Assembly: GCF_018977255.1 (NCBI RefSeq)
Contig: NW_024704742.1
Coordinates: 117,740,001-117,804,000 of the forward strand
Source of the DNA: Callorhinchus milii
Lineage: Eukaryota
Length of the DNA stretch: 64,000 nt
Direction: 5' to 3'
A model generated the notes under the pieces. The model was given only the letters and a program-made list of their open reading frames with translations. It did not search any database and was not told the DNA's origin. Both the position numbers and the translations under genes were made by a program. Within the stretch, counting starts at the first letter, position 1, and every line of letters starts with the position of its first letter. Below are positions 38,009 through 49,965 of this stretch, piece after piece.

Positions 38009-38999
38009 CATCTGAAAGTAGGCCTTAAAGATGTATTAAGAATTTTGTCACTTCCCTCCGAAAGTTGTCAGGATCAATCATAAATGTCATCCTGTCACAA
38101 GGATCGAAATGAGGAGTATGAGCAGCCTCATCTGAGTTCACCATATATATCTAAACCAGAAAGTTCATGTTAAAATGTTATGGGACCACAGTGAGGAAAT
38201 CTGTACACATAGCAATGATAGGAAATTCATTCATTTTTATGCCTCTCACATTTGTTTGACTACTGGACATATAGCCACTTCAAGCTGAATAATACCCAAT
38301 GTTAAGATCAATTAGTATAATGAGATTATCCATTGAATCAGTTAAATGTGCTATCAAAAAAAACTTGCACAAACCTAAAGGGGAAAGGGATGGAGAACAG
38401 GCAAGTGAAATAATCTTGTGGACATCATTAAATACATGGGATGAAGCAGTTTCCCTTTAAATACTGCTTCTTTAGATGGAATTGACCCTCCCCTTCCGGA
38501 GCTCTGTGATAGCTGCTTGCTGGATAACAGAATGACTGGTTAAGGGTTATGGTTGAAGTTTAAATCATTAATTTTTACATTGACCCAATTCTAAAGCAGA
38601 ATAACAGTCCAGTGCATTATTCATTAAACGCGTTTAAAACAACTATTCCAGCCTATGTGAATTTGATTTTCTCAGTTTTACTTGCATTTGGATAAATAGC
38701 AAAGACTTACTTACATATGTTGTATTCTATTTGCTACAGCATTCTAATTTAGTCAAATATTTATCTTTACCACAAATAAAGAATCTGTCTAACCATTAGG
38801 CTCCACCACCCAGCTGTTGGTTTGGGATTCCTAGGAAAACTCAGTTATTCTGCTGTTTAGAAACTGAACGGTAGGGGATACAAAAATGAAATTGTGAAAT
38901 TGAAAATCTGATCTGTCTGGGATTGCTGTAACAATGTCAGGTAACTACAGTAAGGTAAAACAGCCAAATGTTGTTAATGGGGAGCTACAATGGCCTATG

Positions 39000-39683
39000 A
39001 GAACAGGTCAAAGATCAAGAACTCTTCTGACATCATGAATAGAGTGAATTACAATCACAGCTTGTGATGGGAGCATCACACAGAAGTAAGGAAGGCAGAG
39101 GAATATTCACATGAATCATAGATGTTTTCTAGACACATTTTCTCCCTCTTGTGGATTATTGCCACTATCGTCCCTGCAGAAAGGAAAAGCGGATCAGAGT
39201 GAGTCTGATTCAAAGGTTCACTGATCCTGAATGGTGATAAATTAATTTTCCAGATGAGATTGTTGGACTGGATTGTGTGAAACCCGTTCAGTAATCGATA
39301 ACCAGAGCATGAAAACAGCCTACAGGCTTACACAGAATATTAATTATGTAGACAAGGGTTACTTGTTAATTGTGAGCAAAGGAGGAGAAAGAAGAAGTGT
39401 CAGCAAGAGAGAGAGAGACAGGAAAGTGAAAGGGGCTAAATTAAAGGGTGACTGATTTTAAGCGAAAGAAAGGAAGATTAAAAAGACAAGAAAGAGAGCG
39501 AGATTAAGGAGAGATTGAACAGAATATACCCAAGGAAAGAAAAAGAAACAAGATTGTAAGACAAAAGAGAGAGGAAGTGAAGGTGGAAGAGTGACTGCAA
39601 GAGAGCGAGAGAAAGAGAGAGAGAGTGTGTGTGGCAAAGCGACAGAGAGAGTCCAGCAAGCAGCTGGAGCTGAACAGAGAGTG
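39000..39683 (+). promoter_or_regulatory. Putative PDE8B promoter/5'UTR, GA-rich and CpG-poor
   Basis: Lies directly upstream of the ATG, in a ~2.9 kb stretch with no recognisable TE (about 38030-40960). Purine-rich (GA)n-like tract at 39380-39680. Confidence 0.5.
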
Positions 39684-39953
39684 ATGGGCTGTGCTCCTAG
39701 TATCCATGTCTCTCAGAGTGGAGTGATTTACTGCAGAGATTCAGATGAATCGAACTCCCCTCATCAGACCACCACCATCTCCCAGGGCACAGCAACAGTA
39801 CATGGCTTCTTCATCAAGACAGATGCTGCTGATTCCCTGCCTTCTGTGTTGGCATACCAGAGCCGGGTAACACGTACCTCCTCACGTCGAGAGAAGAAGG
39901 AGAACAGCAACTACACCGAAGCTGAAACCCAAACCAGCCATACTAGCGTTAAG
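39684..39953 (+). CDS. PDE8B: First coding exon (90 codons) of cAMP-specific phosphodiesterase 8B
   Basis: Translates [35 protein letters not shown]...FIKTDAADS...[12 protein letters not shown]. This matches the vertebrate PDE8B N-terminus (PDE8A diverges after MGCAPSIH). Strong Kozak context (gtgATGG). Ends AAG|GTAACA at 39953/39954 in phase 0, where mammalian exon 1 ends (...TSVK). Confidence 0.95.
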
Positions 39954-41164
39954 GTAACAGGCTCCATTCATTGAGGTCATCGTTACATATTCTTGTCACA
40001 AACATACGGGAGACAATTTATGGTAATGTATTCTTCCATTTATTATCTGGGGTGACAGTAGACTTTATGAATTTCTTTGCCGTTGGAAAATTATGTTATT
40101 TTATTTGCATTTTTGAACATAGGCTAATATTTCACAGAAACATCTGACTTTTGCATACTCACAGGTTAATGATATAGACACACATTCAACCTTTGAAATT
40201 AGCTCTTTATTTTTGCAATTCTATTTTGTTTCTCGATATGCAGTATAGGAGCTCAGCATTTCTGCTAAATCTCAAGTGATGCGATTATTTTAACTTAGTT
40301 TATTTCATCACACGTACTTCCTCAAACTCTACAACTCTGTAGTCCTTCTCCAGGGTCTTTTCATATTCTGGAATATTAAAACCTGTATGAATATTGTGCC
40401 AAAATTATTGAGGTTAATGCTCTTGTTTGAAAGCCAAAAGTGTAACTTTTAGGTAAATCTGCATCAGTGCTTTCATATCTGAAAATAACCGTTGCCCTGT
40501 TTCTGATAGTTTGTTTCACTTTATTATATACTATATAGTGTTGCAAGGAAACATTCATGTTGTGATGTGATAATTATCAATGGTGATACTTATCACACAC
40601 TACATTTCCCCCAATCCTGAAATCAGACTATGACTCCAGACTATTTTTAATTTCTCGCCCTTCTACTTTCCTGCAGGTATCGACTTGCTAGGGTATGGTT
40701 TACGAGCCCCAGCAGTTTTTCGCTACTTTGCCCAATTGCCAATTTTTCATATGTTAGCACAGTAAATGTTGCCAGGTTGATGAACTATTAATCCCAGGTC
40801 AGTTCAGTTGTGTTCTCATCTGCTATCCACACACACCAGTTAACATTGGATAGTGAACAAGAGTGGAAGCCTTGATCGATTTTTATCTTGTCTAGCAAAC
40901 TTAGTTGCAGAATTGAACCCATAAACTTTTGGATTGAAATGAAAGGACAGTTCTATACCAGCATGTGAGCTCATACTCCAGGCTGTCACTCCAGAACAAT
41001 ACTTAGGGAGCGTTGCATTGTCAGGGATAGTCTTTTTGATCAGTCATTAAACTGAAGAACTATTTGCCTGTTCAAGTGAATGGTAAAATCCCACAAAATG
41101 ATTTGAAAAGAGAAGGGAATTTCCTTCGGTTTGTTGGCCAACAATTATCCTTAGCCGCTAATCT

Positions 41165-41420
41165 AGGCTATGCCACCTCCCATCTTGATTTCTCAAATGC
41201 ACTCCTCACTGGTCTCCCTCGTTTCACCATCCACAAGGTCCAACTCATTCAAAACTCTGCTGCCCGCGTCCTCTCCCATACCAAACTCCGAAACCCAATC
41301 ATTCAAATTCTTGCCAGGCTCCACTGGCTCTCTATATCTGAAAGAATCGATTTCAAGATCTTCATCCTCATTAGCAAATTCCATCTTGCCCCAGCACCTC
41401 CCTACCTCTCTGACCTGCTC
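41165..41420 (+). mobile_element. L2 LINE internal fragment
   Basis: [11 protein letters not shown]...[13 protein letters not shown]. Confidence 0.85.
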
Positions 41421-42371
41421 ATACGCCGCTTTATTAGCTGCCCTCGTCGTTCAGAGGACTAACCATGTCCTCCGATTCCTCTGTGCCAGAAATCAAGACA
41501 AGAAGTGGATGAGGCTTTCAGAGTGTAGTAAAATAATAGAGATTAATTGCTTTCCATAAATAAAATCAAAATACTGCAAAGCAACAACTTTCCAAGAGCA
41601 TGCTCTTTATCAAAATGTGGTTGCAAACATTTTTGATTTGTTTGGAGAAGAGATGGAGCAGACCCATCATTTACTTACAATGTCATCACACACATGTAAT
41701 CTGGAAAGTTATATGAGAGCGAGTTTATGTCATTGTGTCACAGTTATTTATGTACATTCCTTTCTGAAGATCGCATCCCTTTTAAGTTCTTAATACAAAA
41801 TAATAGTCAGGAGGACATCCCAAGATGCTGGACAGTCAGAGATTTGGACCCGAGCAGGGGGGTGGGGAATCAGGGAGAGTGGAGGGCAGGGAGGGTGAAC
41901 AATAATAATGATAATAATCTTTACATTTGGTATACCGCTTTTCACGCTGGGAGGATGTCCCAAAGCGATCTATAGTAAAGTGAAGTGACTGTGTTTTATG
42001 GGCAATTTGTTTTTGTTGTGTAATCTGTTAGGAAAAAGCAGAATGTCAGTTGATAATTATTGACTAGTTTCAGATTGGAAGAGCCCATTGATTTCAGTGA
42101 TTTGGTTTGAAGATATCCATGCTCCCAATAGGGAAGAATGATATTTTCGCACATCTAATAATAGAACAGGACTTTAACCTGGCTTGTATCATGTAACGGG
42201 GTATTCAGAATCTACCTCTCAGCTTGTAAAAATGCTTTCTGCCCTACTTTTGCTGGGTTCCAATTCAAAAAGGCAACTGGACACTTTTCAAAAGCTTCTG
42301 TTGTGAAATCAATTCGGCTGAAGTCATGGAGGTGATCAAACTATTTGCAAATTACAGGGCAAACCTGCTAC

Positions 42372-42830
42372 AGAATCATAGAATCATATAGCACAAAAAG
42401 AGGTCATTCGCCCCATCGAGTCTGTGCCAGCTCTTTAAAAAGAGCAATGTAATGTCAATCCCGTCCTCCTCAAATACCCATCCACTGCGTTTTTAAAAGT
42501 TGTTATTGAATCGGCCTCGACCACCCTTTCAGGGCAATGTGTTCCAGATTCGAACAACTCGCTGCGTGAAAAAATTTCATCTCACCTCCCCTCTGCTTCT
42601 TTTAGAGACTATTTTGAATCTGTGACCTCGAGTCACCGACACACACACCAGTGGAAACAGTTTTTCCCTTTCTAACCTATCAAATCCCCTCATGATTTTG
42701 AAGACCTCTATTAGGACTCCTCGTAACCTTCTCTGCTCCAATGAGAATAATCCCAGCCTCTCTCGCCTTTCCTCATAATCAAGGTCCCTCATTCCTGGTA
42801 CCATCCTCGTAAATCTCCTCTGCAGCACCA
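42372..42830 (-). mobile_element. CR1 LINE 3' portion, relatively young
   Basis: QRRFTRMVPGMRDLDYEERRERLGLFSLEQRRLRGVLIEVFKIMRGFD; (ATTCTATG)-type tail. Confidence 0.92.
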
Positions 42831-42894
42831 TCTGGGCCCATTCACTCAGAATCCCTGTATTAAAATGGAGTGCGCTTCCCGTTCAGGTTATCAA

Positions 42895-43150
42895 TAGAAA
42901 GCACCACGGATGTCACTTCCTGTGCATTATACATGCAGAGTATACGCAGGAAGCACTGCTGATGTAATTTCCTATGTGCATTCTCACTGTACTTAGGAAG
43001 CACCACTGTCACTTCCTTTGCAAAGTGACGGAACAGTGTTTCCTTCATAGTGCACATGTCCTGTGCGCAGGAAGTAGAATCAGCATGCAACCTGACAACC
43101 TGGAAGTTCCTAGAGCAGGAAGTCTGACAGTATGCGCTAGAAGTCAGAAG
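42895..43150. repeat. Degenerate tandem array rich in GGAAG/CTTCC (ETS-like) motifs
   Basis: About 10 GGAA/TTCC cores in 250 bp; repeating unit ggaagcacc..gatgtcacttcc..tgca. Confidence 0.7.
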
Positions 43151-44410
43151 TATTTAACTCTTTCTCCCTGCCTCACTAAAATTATTAACGCTATTTTCAC
43201 AGTTTTTGAGAGACTTCAGTGTTTGAAGTAATACTTGAAATACAGTGTTTTCAACAATACTTTTAATCCAGTCTTCGGCGGACACTTAATTACCAGGAGT
43301 GGTAACTGAGCGCCCTCAGAAGAATGAGTTAAAATAGAACCTGTACTAAAGTGAAGCACTGAACAAGGGGCTTCCCCTGTATCAACTAAAATACATTTAC
43401 AAGCAGATTCAATGCAATGAATATCACATCAAATGTGTCACCAAATGCTATATTTTTCACTCCCATATGTGTTATATAATGCTTCATAACATCATCAATT
43501 TCATTCCTTTGAGTCCAAATGATTGTAGTACTACAATTGCACAACGTAAACTCTAGAACTGTCCACTCTTTGATCCACTGCGTCACATATGAACACAAGT
43601 GCTAGGTATGTGAGATACTCCATACAATTGTCCTATAATCTTTGTATGTGGTATGGTTCCTTTCATGTCAAGAAGTTGCCTCAAAACGCTTCACAGAATA
43701 TACTGTAAAGAGTAGTGATTGAATTTGTGGGCAAATTCATATTGCTTCTTTATTACACAAGTCTTAATTGGATTTCCTACACTTAGCCATGAAGAAACAA
43801 GAAACATACATAATAATAAACTATTAACATATGAACATCGTGGCAAGCCATGCATTTAAGATTGTTCCATGCCTCCAGACAAAAAACATACAGCAGTATC
43901 CACTGATCAAATATTTCTGAAATCATTGGAGTCTCTCAAGCACTGTGAAAATAGCATTAATGATTTCTGTGAAGGGAGGGAGAGAAAGGGTTAAATAATT
44001 ATTACAGATCGGTAAGGTTTTATTCATTGCAATGCCTTCAGGAAAACTGCTGTGATTTGAGCAGCACATACTTTTGCTGAAATGCAACATGTGTTTTCCA
44101 AGTCAGGTGATTGGGACTGGAATTCACATAAACTCTGATATTCAATAGTATTTGCTACATGCATTTTAATAAATCTGGCATTCAGCCACTACAACATTTT
44201 CTTTGTAGTAAGACATATAGAAGTGCTTAAGAATATTAAAAAAAACTGTTCAACCCTTCAAGCCTCCTCCTTCCACAGACCCTACAAAATCTACACTTTT
44301 GTGGACTTCACCTGACCCACTCAGTTTCCTGGAGAGGGTTCTGTGTAGCTGAACAATATTTGTTTTCCAGCATTGCTCTAAATTCATCCTTACAGATATT
44401 GCCTTCTATT

Positions 44411-44545
44411 GAACAAAAGGCAAAGTACTGCAGATGCTGGAAATCTGCTATGAACACAGAAGTCGCTGAGAACACACAGCAGGTCAGGCAGCATCCATGG
44501 AGAGAGGAAAATTAGTTAACGTTTCAATGACCTTTCATCAGATCC
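44411..44545 (-). mobile_element. Penelope-like element terminal repeat with decayed hammerhead core
   Basis: Minus strand reads tCTGATGAaaggtcattGAAAcgttaacta...tgctgcctgacctgctg...tttccagcatctgcagta, like the abundant shark Penelope-type repeat as I remember it. Confidence 0.6.
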
Positions 44546-44609
44546 ATTGATCTGAGTGCCTGGTTTGAGACCTTGGATCTCATGAATGGAAAACAATTCC
44601 TGACAAGCT

Positions 44610-44810
44610 AACAAGATTCATTTTGGATGTAAAGAGCACTTCAGCCCATCTAATCTCATCCATCCAGAACATCCCCTTACCATCCCCCCATCACTGCATC
44701 AAGCAGCTTTTTAAATGAGTCTAATGCCCTGACCTCTTCTGCCTTTCTTGGCCACCTGTTCCAGTTGTTGATTACCCTCTACGTGAAGAAAAACTTCCTG
44801 ATATCTAAGG
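44610..44810 (-). mobile_element. CR1 LINE 3' end
   Basis: Homologous to 28250-28440. Confidence 0.75.
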
Positions 44811-44987
44811 TGGGGAGGGTGTGATTTATGCTCCTCCTCAGCAGATCAACCTTGGAAACAAATAACAAATAATATGAAGACCCAACTGGGAGCTATAATT
44901 TACAATAATACTCATCTCACCTTAAGGGGGAATAAAGATGGTGGTGATCCAAGTCTGAAAGGAAGAGACCACTTCCTGAGAGGGGTA

Positions 44988-45006
44988 CCCTGCCATCTAG
45001 TGGTCT
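44988..45006 (-). promoter_or_regulatory. CTCF-like motif
   Basis: Minus strand AGACCACTAGATGGCAGGG, a strong match to the CTCF core. Confidence 0.55.
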
Positions 45007-45934
45007 TTACCAGCTGGCATGATTTTACACAAATATAACAAGAAATAATCCTTCATTTGATATAATGCCTTATCATGTTAGGAGAGCATTTCAAAGTGCA
45101 GCGACTGTGTATTTTGTACAATACTGTCCGACAAACAGCCATGAAGTGAATGACCATTTTTTTATGTGGTGGATTGCTGGCAAGGACACTGGAAGAAACT
45201 CCATTCTCTTTTCAAATTGTGCCATATGATCACTGGACATTGGAGTGTCAGCCAAGACTATGAGTTCAAAGTCCTGATATGGGGCTTGAACTCACAACCT
45301 TCTGACTGAGCCAGATGACACCTCAAAACATCTAAAACTTTACCGCAATATTTCTAATGTAATCTCAGCAAAGACTGGAATAATTTATTTTGAGGTATAG
45401 TAAAAATGCCCATGAGATGTGACCTTGCATTTGATTACTTTTGCTGCCAGCAGCTTCACATTGACTGGATAACCTCAATGAATGATCAATGATCACACTC
45501 AGCCACTCTACGCTGAAGCATTGCTCCACAACCACCAGTAATGTTGACCTGCATTCCTCCCTTGCTAAAAAAAAGTGGTCCTTATATTGAATCTTCAGCT
45601 GATCTGAGTGAAATCATTCTGCCAAAGTCAAGGGGAACTGGGAAGAAATTAATTCCCAAACCTAACATACATTAGGAGCGGTTTTACAGACACATTTTAA
45701 CTGTGTTTCCTGTCAATGTGACAAAAATCACATCACAGACACGGTGTAGGATTAGTGACATGGAAATAGCCAGGGAACCCCCATCTCCCACCCCCACCAC
45801 CACTTTGGCTCCCACCCCAGTTTGGGTGCACACTGCTGTGACTGTGTTGTGGGATGTCCTTGCCCTATGAAAGGCTCTACCTAATTGTAAATTGTATTGT
45901 GTAAAAAGAGAATATCAGAATGGTGCAAAGTTAA

Positions 45935-46215
45935 TTTTCTCCTGTTGTTGTGGTATGGTTCCTCAGGCATTGGTTGTTTCTGGTACTCCATTCAATATTG
46001 TGAACCATTGGCAGTGAGTGGTGGCAAGGTCGCTCAGATATACAGTATGTCACAGCCTAACCTGACCTCTCCCCACCTCGCTACCACACTGGTAGTAGAG
46101 GATCTTGTAGAAGCAACAGGAGCAGAAAGCCTGACTGGTTTTACCCTCCTTAACCCTGGGAAGTCCTGGTCTGTAAGCTGCAGTTCATAATTCTATCCAC
46201 TAGACCATTGGGGTT
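45935..46215 (-). mobile_element. AmnSINE2-like ancient SINE
   Basis: tcacagcctaacctgacct and caggagcagaaagcctgactggttttaccctccttaaccctggg resemble the reverse of the AmnSINE2 consensus as remembered. Confidence 0.5.
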
Positions 46216-46282
46216 TGTCCGACTATCTTCTGCCTTAGTTGTGTTCTATATTATGGACTTAAATCTTTCACCTATGTTTCTC

Positions 46283-46600
46283 AATAATAATAATAATCCT
46301 TGCATTGGATATAGCGCTTTTTACGTCGGGAGGACGTCCCAAAGCGCTTCACAGAACACACTGTAAAGTGAATTGACTGTATAATTGTGGGCGAACGCGG
46401 CAGCCAATTGCGCACAGCAATGTCCCACAAACAGTCGTAGATTGAAAATGACCAATTTATTATTGTTTTTGGTTTTGGAGGGATTATTTTTAGGCGTGTG
46501 GAGTAAGGAAACTTGTCCAACGTTTCACCCTGCCTGGAATTGAATTCAGGTCTCTCACTTGCAAAGCGAGTGCTCTAACCACTGAGCTACAGGACTCCAC
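46283..46600 (-). mobile_element. Full-length young tRNA-Ala-like SINE, short form
   Basis: Nearly identical to 49936-50270 and 24625-24950. Confidence 0.92.
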
Positions 46601-47189
46601 AGTCCTGTAATGTATAAAGATAACTTCTCACTCATTTTCAGACTTTACTTTATGGTTTCTGTTGGAAAGTGACTGGACCTTGGGTTCCGGCCTTTCTTTG
46701 TAGCATTTTACGCTGTTGAATAGAATGATTGCATCTAACAAATCTTTTGGCTCTCAAGTCCAATCACTGCAATTGTTTGAAATAAAGCAATGTAAGAATA
46801 CCAAAGAGGTTATGGCCTTTCTGATTACTTGTCCTAAGCAGCCAGGAAAAATCAGAAATCAACTGAGAGTCACAATGGGGCAGTGAATAAAGTAAATCAG
46901 CTGCGGGCAATATATTGGAAACCATAAAGTTAGGAGCACAAATTGAATCAACAGCGCCAGTTTTTCTTAGGTTGCAACAGGGTGAATGTTGTTTGATTCA
47001 GTTATAATGTCAATACAACATTGCTAGATCTGTAGGAGGGAGCAATTGGGAAGGTTGGGGTGAATCACCAAATTGAGTGTCTCACCACACCATTTCCATC
47101 TTCATATGGACTGCTTTCCAGAAAATTATACTTTTCCTATTTTGTTGTAAAAACAAGTTATCACAATAGCAGTCTTTTTTTCATTCCAC

Positions 47190-47640
47190 ATCTCACCAGT
47201 TCTAGCCAGGTTCCACTAGCTCACCATCACCGAATGGATCAACTTCAAGATCCTCACTCTCGTGTTCAAATCCATTCACTCTCTTGGCACCTCCCTACTT
47301 CTCCGACCTCCTCACTCCCCAATCCACCATCCCGCGCCTCCACTCGACTGGCACCGGCCTCTCATTCGTCCCTCACACCCACCGCCCCCACCATCGGAGG
47401 TTGTGCTTTCAGCCACTATTCCCCTAAACTGTGAAACACTCTCCCTCAATCCCTCCGCCTTACCCTCTCTCTCTCCTCTTTCAAGTCCCGCCTGAAAACT
47501 TTCCTGTTCGACCATGCTTACGGCCACCTTCCCCCCCCCCCACCCCGCTCAGAGTCAGGCTCCGCCACTGTTAAGCGCTCTGAGACGCTACCCTGTGTGG
47601 AGGGTGCTATATAAGTGCAAATTGATGTTGTTGTTGTTGA
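47190..47640 (+). mobile_element. L2 LINE 3' portion
   Basis: ITEWINFKIL, TIGGCAFSHYSPKL, tail (TTG)n. Confidence 0.88.
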
Positions 47641-48862
47641 AATCATATTCATAGCGCCAAAAATAGCCTCAGGTGAAATCGCACTTTACCATTGAGAAAT
47701 ATCTCTGTAGACATTGCTCTTTCTACTGTGATAAAATGGCAACTGATATAGTACTGTCATACTTACCATTCAGTGATAAGAAGACTGTCAACACTGAGGA
47801 AATCAGTGAGAGAGATTGTGAAGACACTTTATAATAACAACTTCCATTTATATGGTGCCCTTCATGTACAGTAGTATCTCCGAGTGGTTTAAGGAGGTGG
47901 TATCTGACACAAAGCAGGGAGTATTCGAAAGAGAGTAGGCATGAGGTGCATAGTAGCTGAGGACATGGCCACCAATGGTGCAGCAGAGGAGCAAGGAACA
48001 TGCAACATGCCTGAGTTTTGGGTGTCCTCCCAATGTGAAAGGTGCTATACAAATGTAATTTGTTGTTGTTGCATTTGTTGGAAGGAACAAGCAGAAGAAT
48101 GAGGATGGAGAACATCACAGAGGTAGGGAGGGATGAGGACATGCAGGGATTTGTAAGCGAGAGGGACAATTTTGAAGTTGTTCCACTGGGAGACAAGGAA
48201 GCCTGGAGAGGACCAGAGGTAATGGGCACACAAAGCTTTGTGTGAGTAAGGATGCAACCATTTGATCAAGAAAGCGATGGTAGAGAGGAAAAAGAGTTGC
48301 GAGTTGAACTGATTACAAGGTTGTGTTCCATGAATTTTAGAGAGAGAACAAGAAGATTGAAGAAGTCAGAGCCAAGCACAAGGAGGCGTTGGTGAGAGTT
48401 AAGAGGGATCATTTTCAGCTTTTCAATGTGTACCTGATCAATGCATTGTTTTAAACAGTGGCATGAATCAATTTGGTTACAGTTTTACCAAATTATGTGT
48501 CATAATGAATGACTATCGACAGAACTGAGAATATTATCATGCATGGATGCAAATTGTGAACTTTTGAGCCTAACATTATTTTTGATTTAAAGCTCGTATA
48601 GAAAAAATGGACAATGTGTTTCTCAATGGCAAACTATGCTAATTGAGCCCGTTAATTTCAGATATATATTTTTCCCCTCTTCATAAATAGCATCAATCAC
48701 ATTAAAACTCAAGTTGTGACTGCACAGAGTAGTAGATTCACCTCTTTCCACAATAATGAGTGGAACAAATAAAAGTCACTCCAGCAGTGCATTGGTGAAA
48801 CAATTTACTTCAATACCAAAGAGTAACTGTCTTTATCAGGTCCAAGGCCTTCATAAATAATC

Positions 48863-49078
48863 AAACAACAACAACAATTACATTTGTATAGCGCCTGCTG
48901 TATAGAGTACAGCATTTCAGACCCGAGCTGGAGTTGGGGGGAGAAGGGAGGGGAGGGGAAGTGGGGTGGCCGAAGGCATGGTCGAAGAGGAGGGTCTTGA
49001 GGCAGGACTTGAAGGGGGCTAAGGAGGGGGCAAGGCAGAGTGACTGGGGGATGGAATTCCAGAGGTTGGGGGCAGACT
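48863..49078 (-). mobile_element. L2 LINE 3' end inserted in the loop of a hairpin repeat
   Basis: (CAA)n tail, then ggtcgaagaggagggtcttgagg...ggaattccagagg. Confidence 0.85.
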
Positions 49079-49933
49079 GGCCTTGGATCTGATAAAGATG
49101 GAGTCTATTTTTCTTTAGTCAGCCAGGTGAAGGACAAGTGCAGAAACCCATCATCATGTAAAGAGTATCCAAATTAAACTGAAAGTCCATAAATAGAATT
49201 AGGAACTAATCAAATACATTAACATGTGTCAGCTACAGGGTTTGGGGAAAGGGCAGGTAAATGCAACCAAAAGGATTGCTCTTGAGAGAACCAGCAAAGA
49301 CATGATGGTCCGAATGGTCTTCTGTGTGCCATAAATTTCCATGCTTCTTTAGTTCTATATGTATTCTATCACACATGGAATTGAGGTGTGGTCTCACTTG
49401 GAGGGATTTACTCATCTTACTTAAATCTGGAGATTATTAGGGACAGGTTGGCAAGAGCTAAGGCTTGGGGACCTCAGAGTGTTTATTGTGGTAGTCCTGA
49501 AGTTTAATCAGCTAAAATGACACAGTTTGTCATTGAGATATACAGTGTGTCAAACTCCCCACTGTATATCCAACTCAGATTCAAGGAGACCCTGCTTACC
49601 TCATCCACGAGGAGGACAATCACTGGTTGGTTATTTGACATCTGAGAAGTGCAGTAGTTTTGCTCTACTCCTGCCAGGAAACAGGAGAAACTCCCTTTTT
49701 GTCTTGAATAGTGCCATGGGATCTGTATCATATACCTGAACAGGTAGAGGAACTCTGTTTAACATCCGATCCAGAGAACAGCACCTCCAGCAATGCAGCA
49801 GATCCTCAGTAGTGCACTGGAGTAACAGCCTAATCAGTGAGTTAAAAATCCCAACATGGGGCTTGGACCCACAACGTTCTGACGCAGAAGAAGGCATTCT
49901 ACCAACAGAGTCCGGCTGACATTTGGCATAACA

Positions 49934-49935
<2 letters not shown>

Positions 49936-49965
<30 letters not shown>

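Noticed and set aside
39591..39974. 127-aa ORF in the supplied track
   Set aside because: Its start is a GTG in GA-rich 5'UTR and its end reads through the splice donor. The real coding part is 39684-39953.
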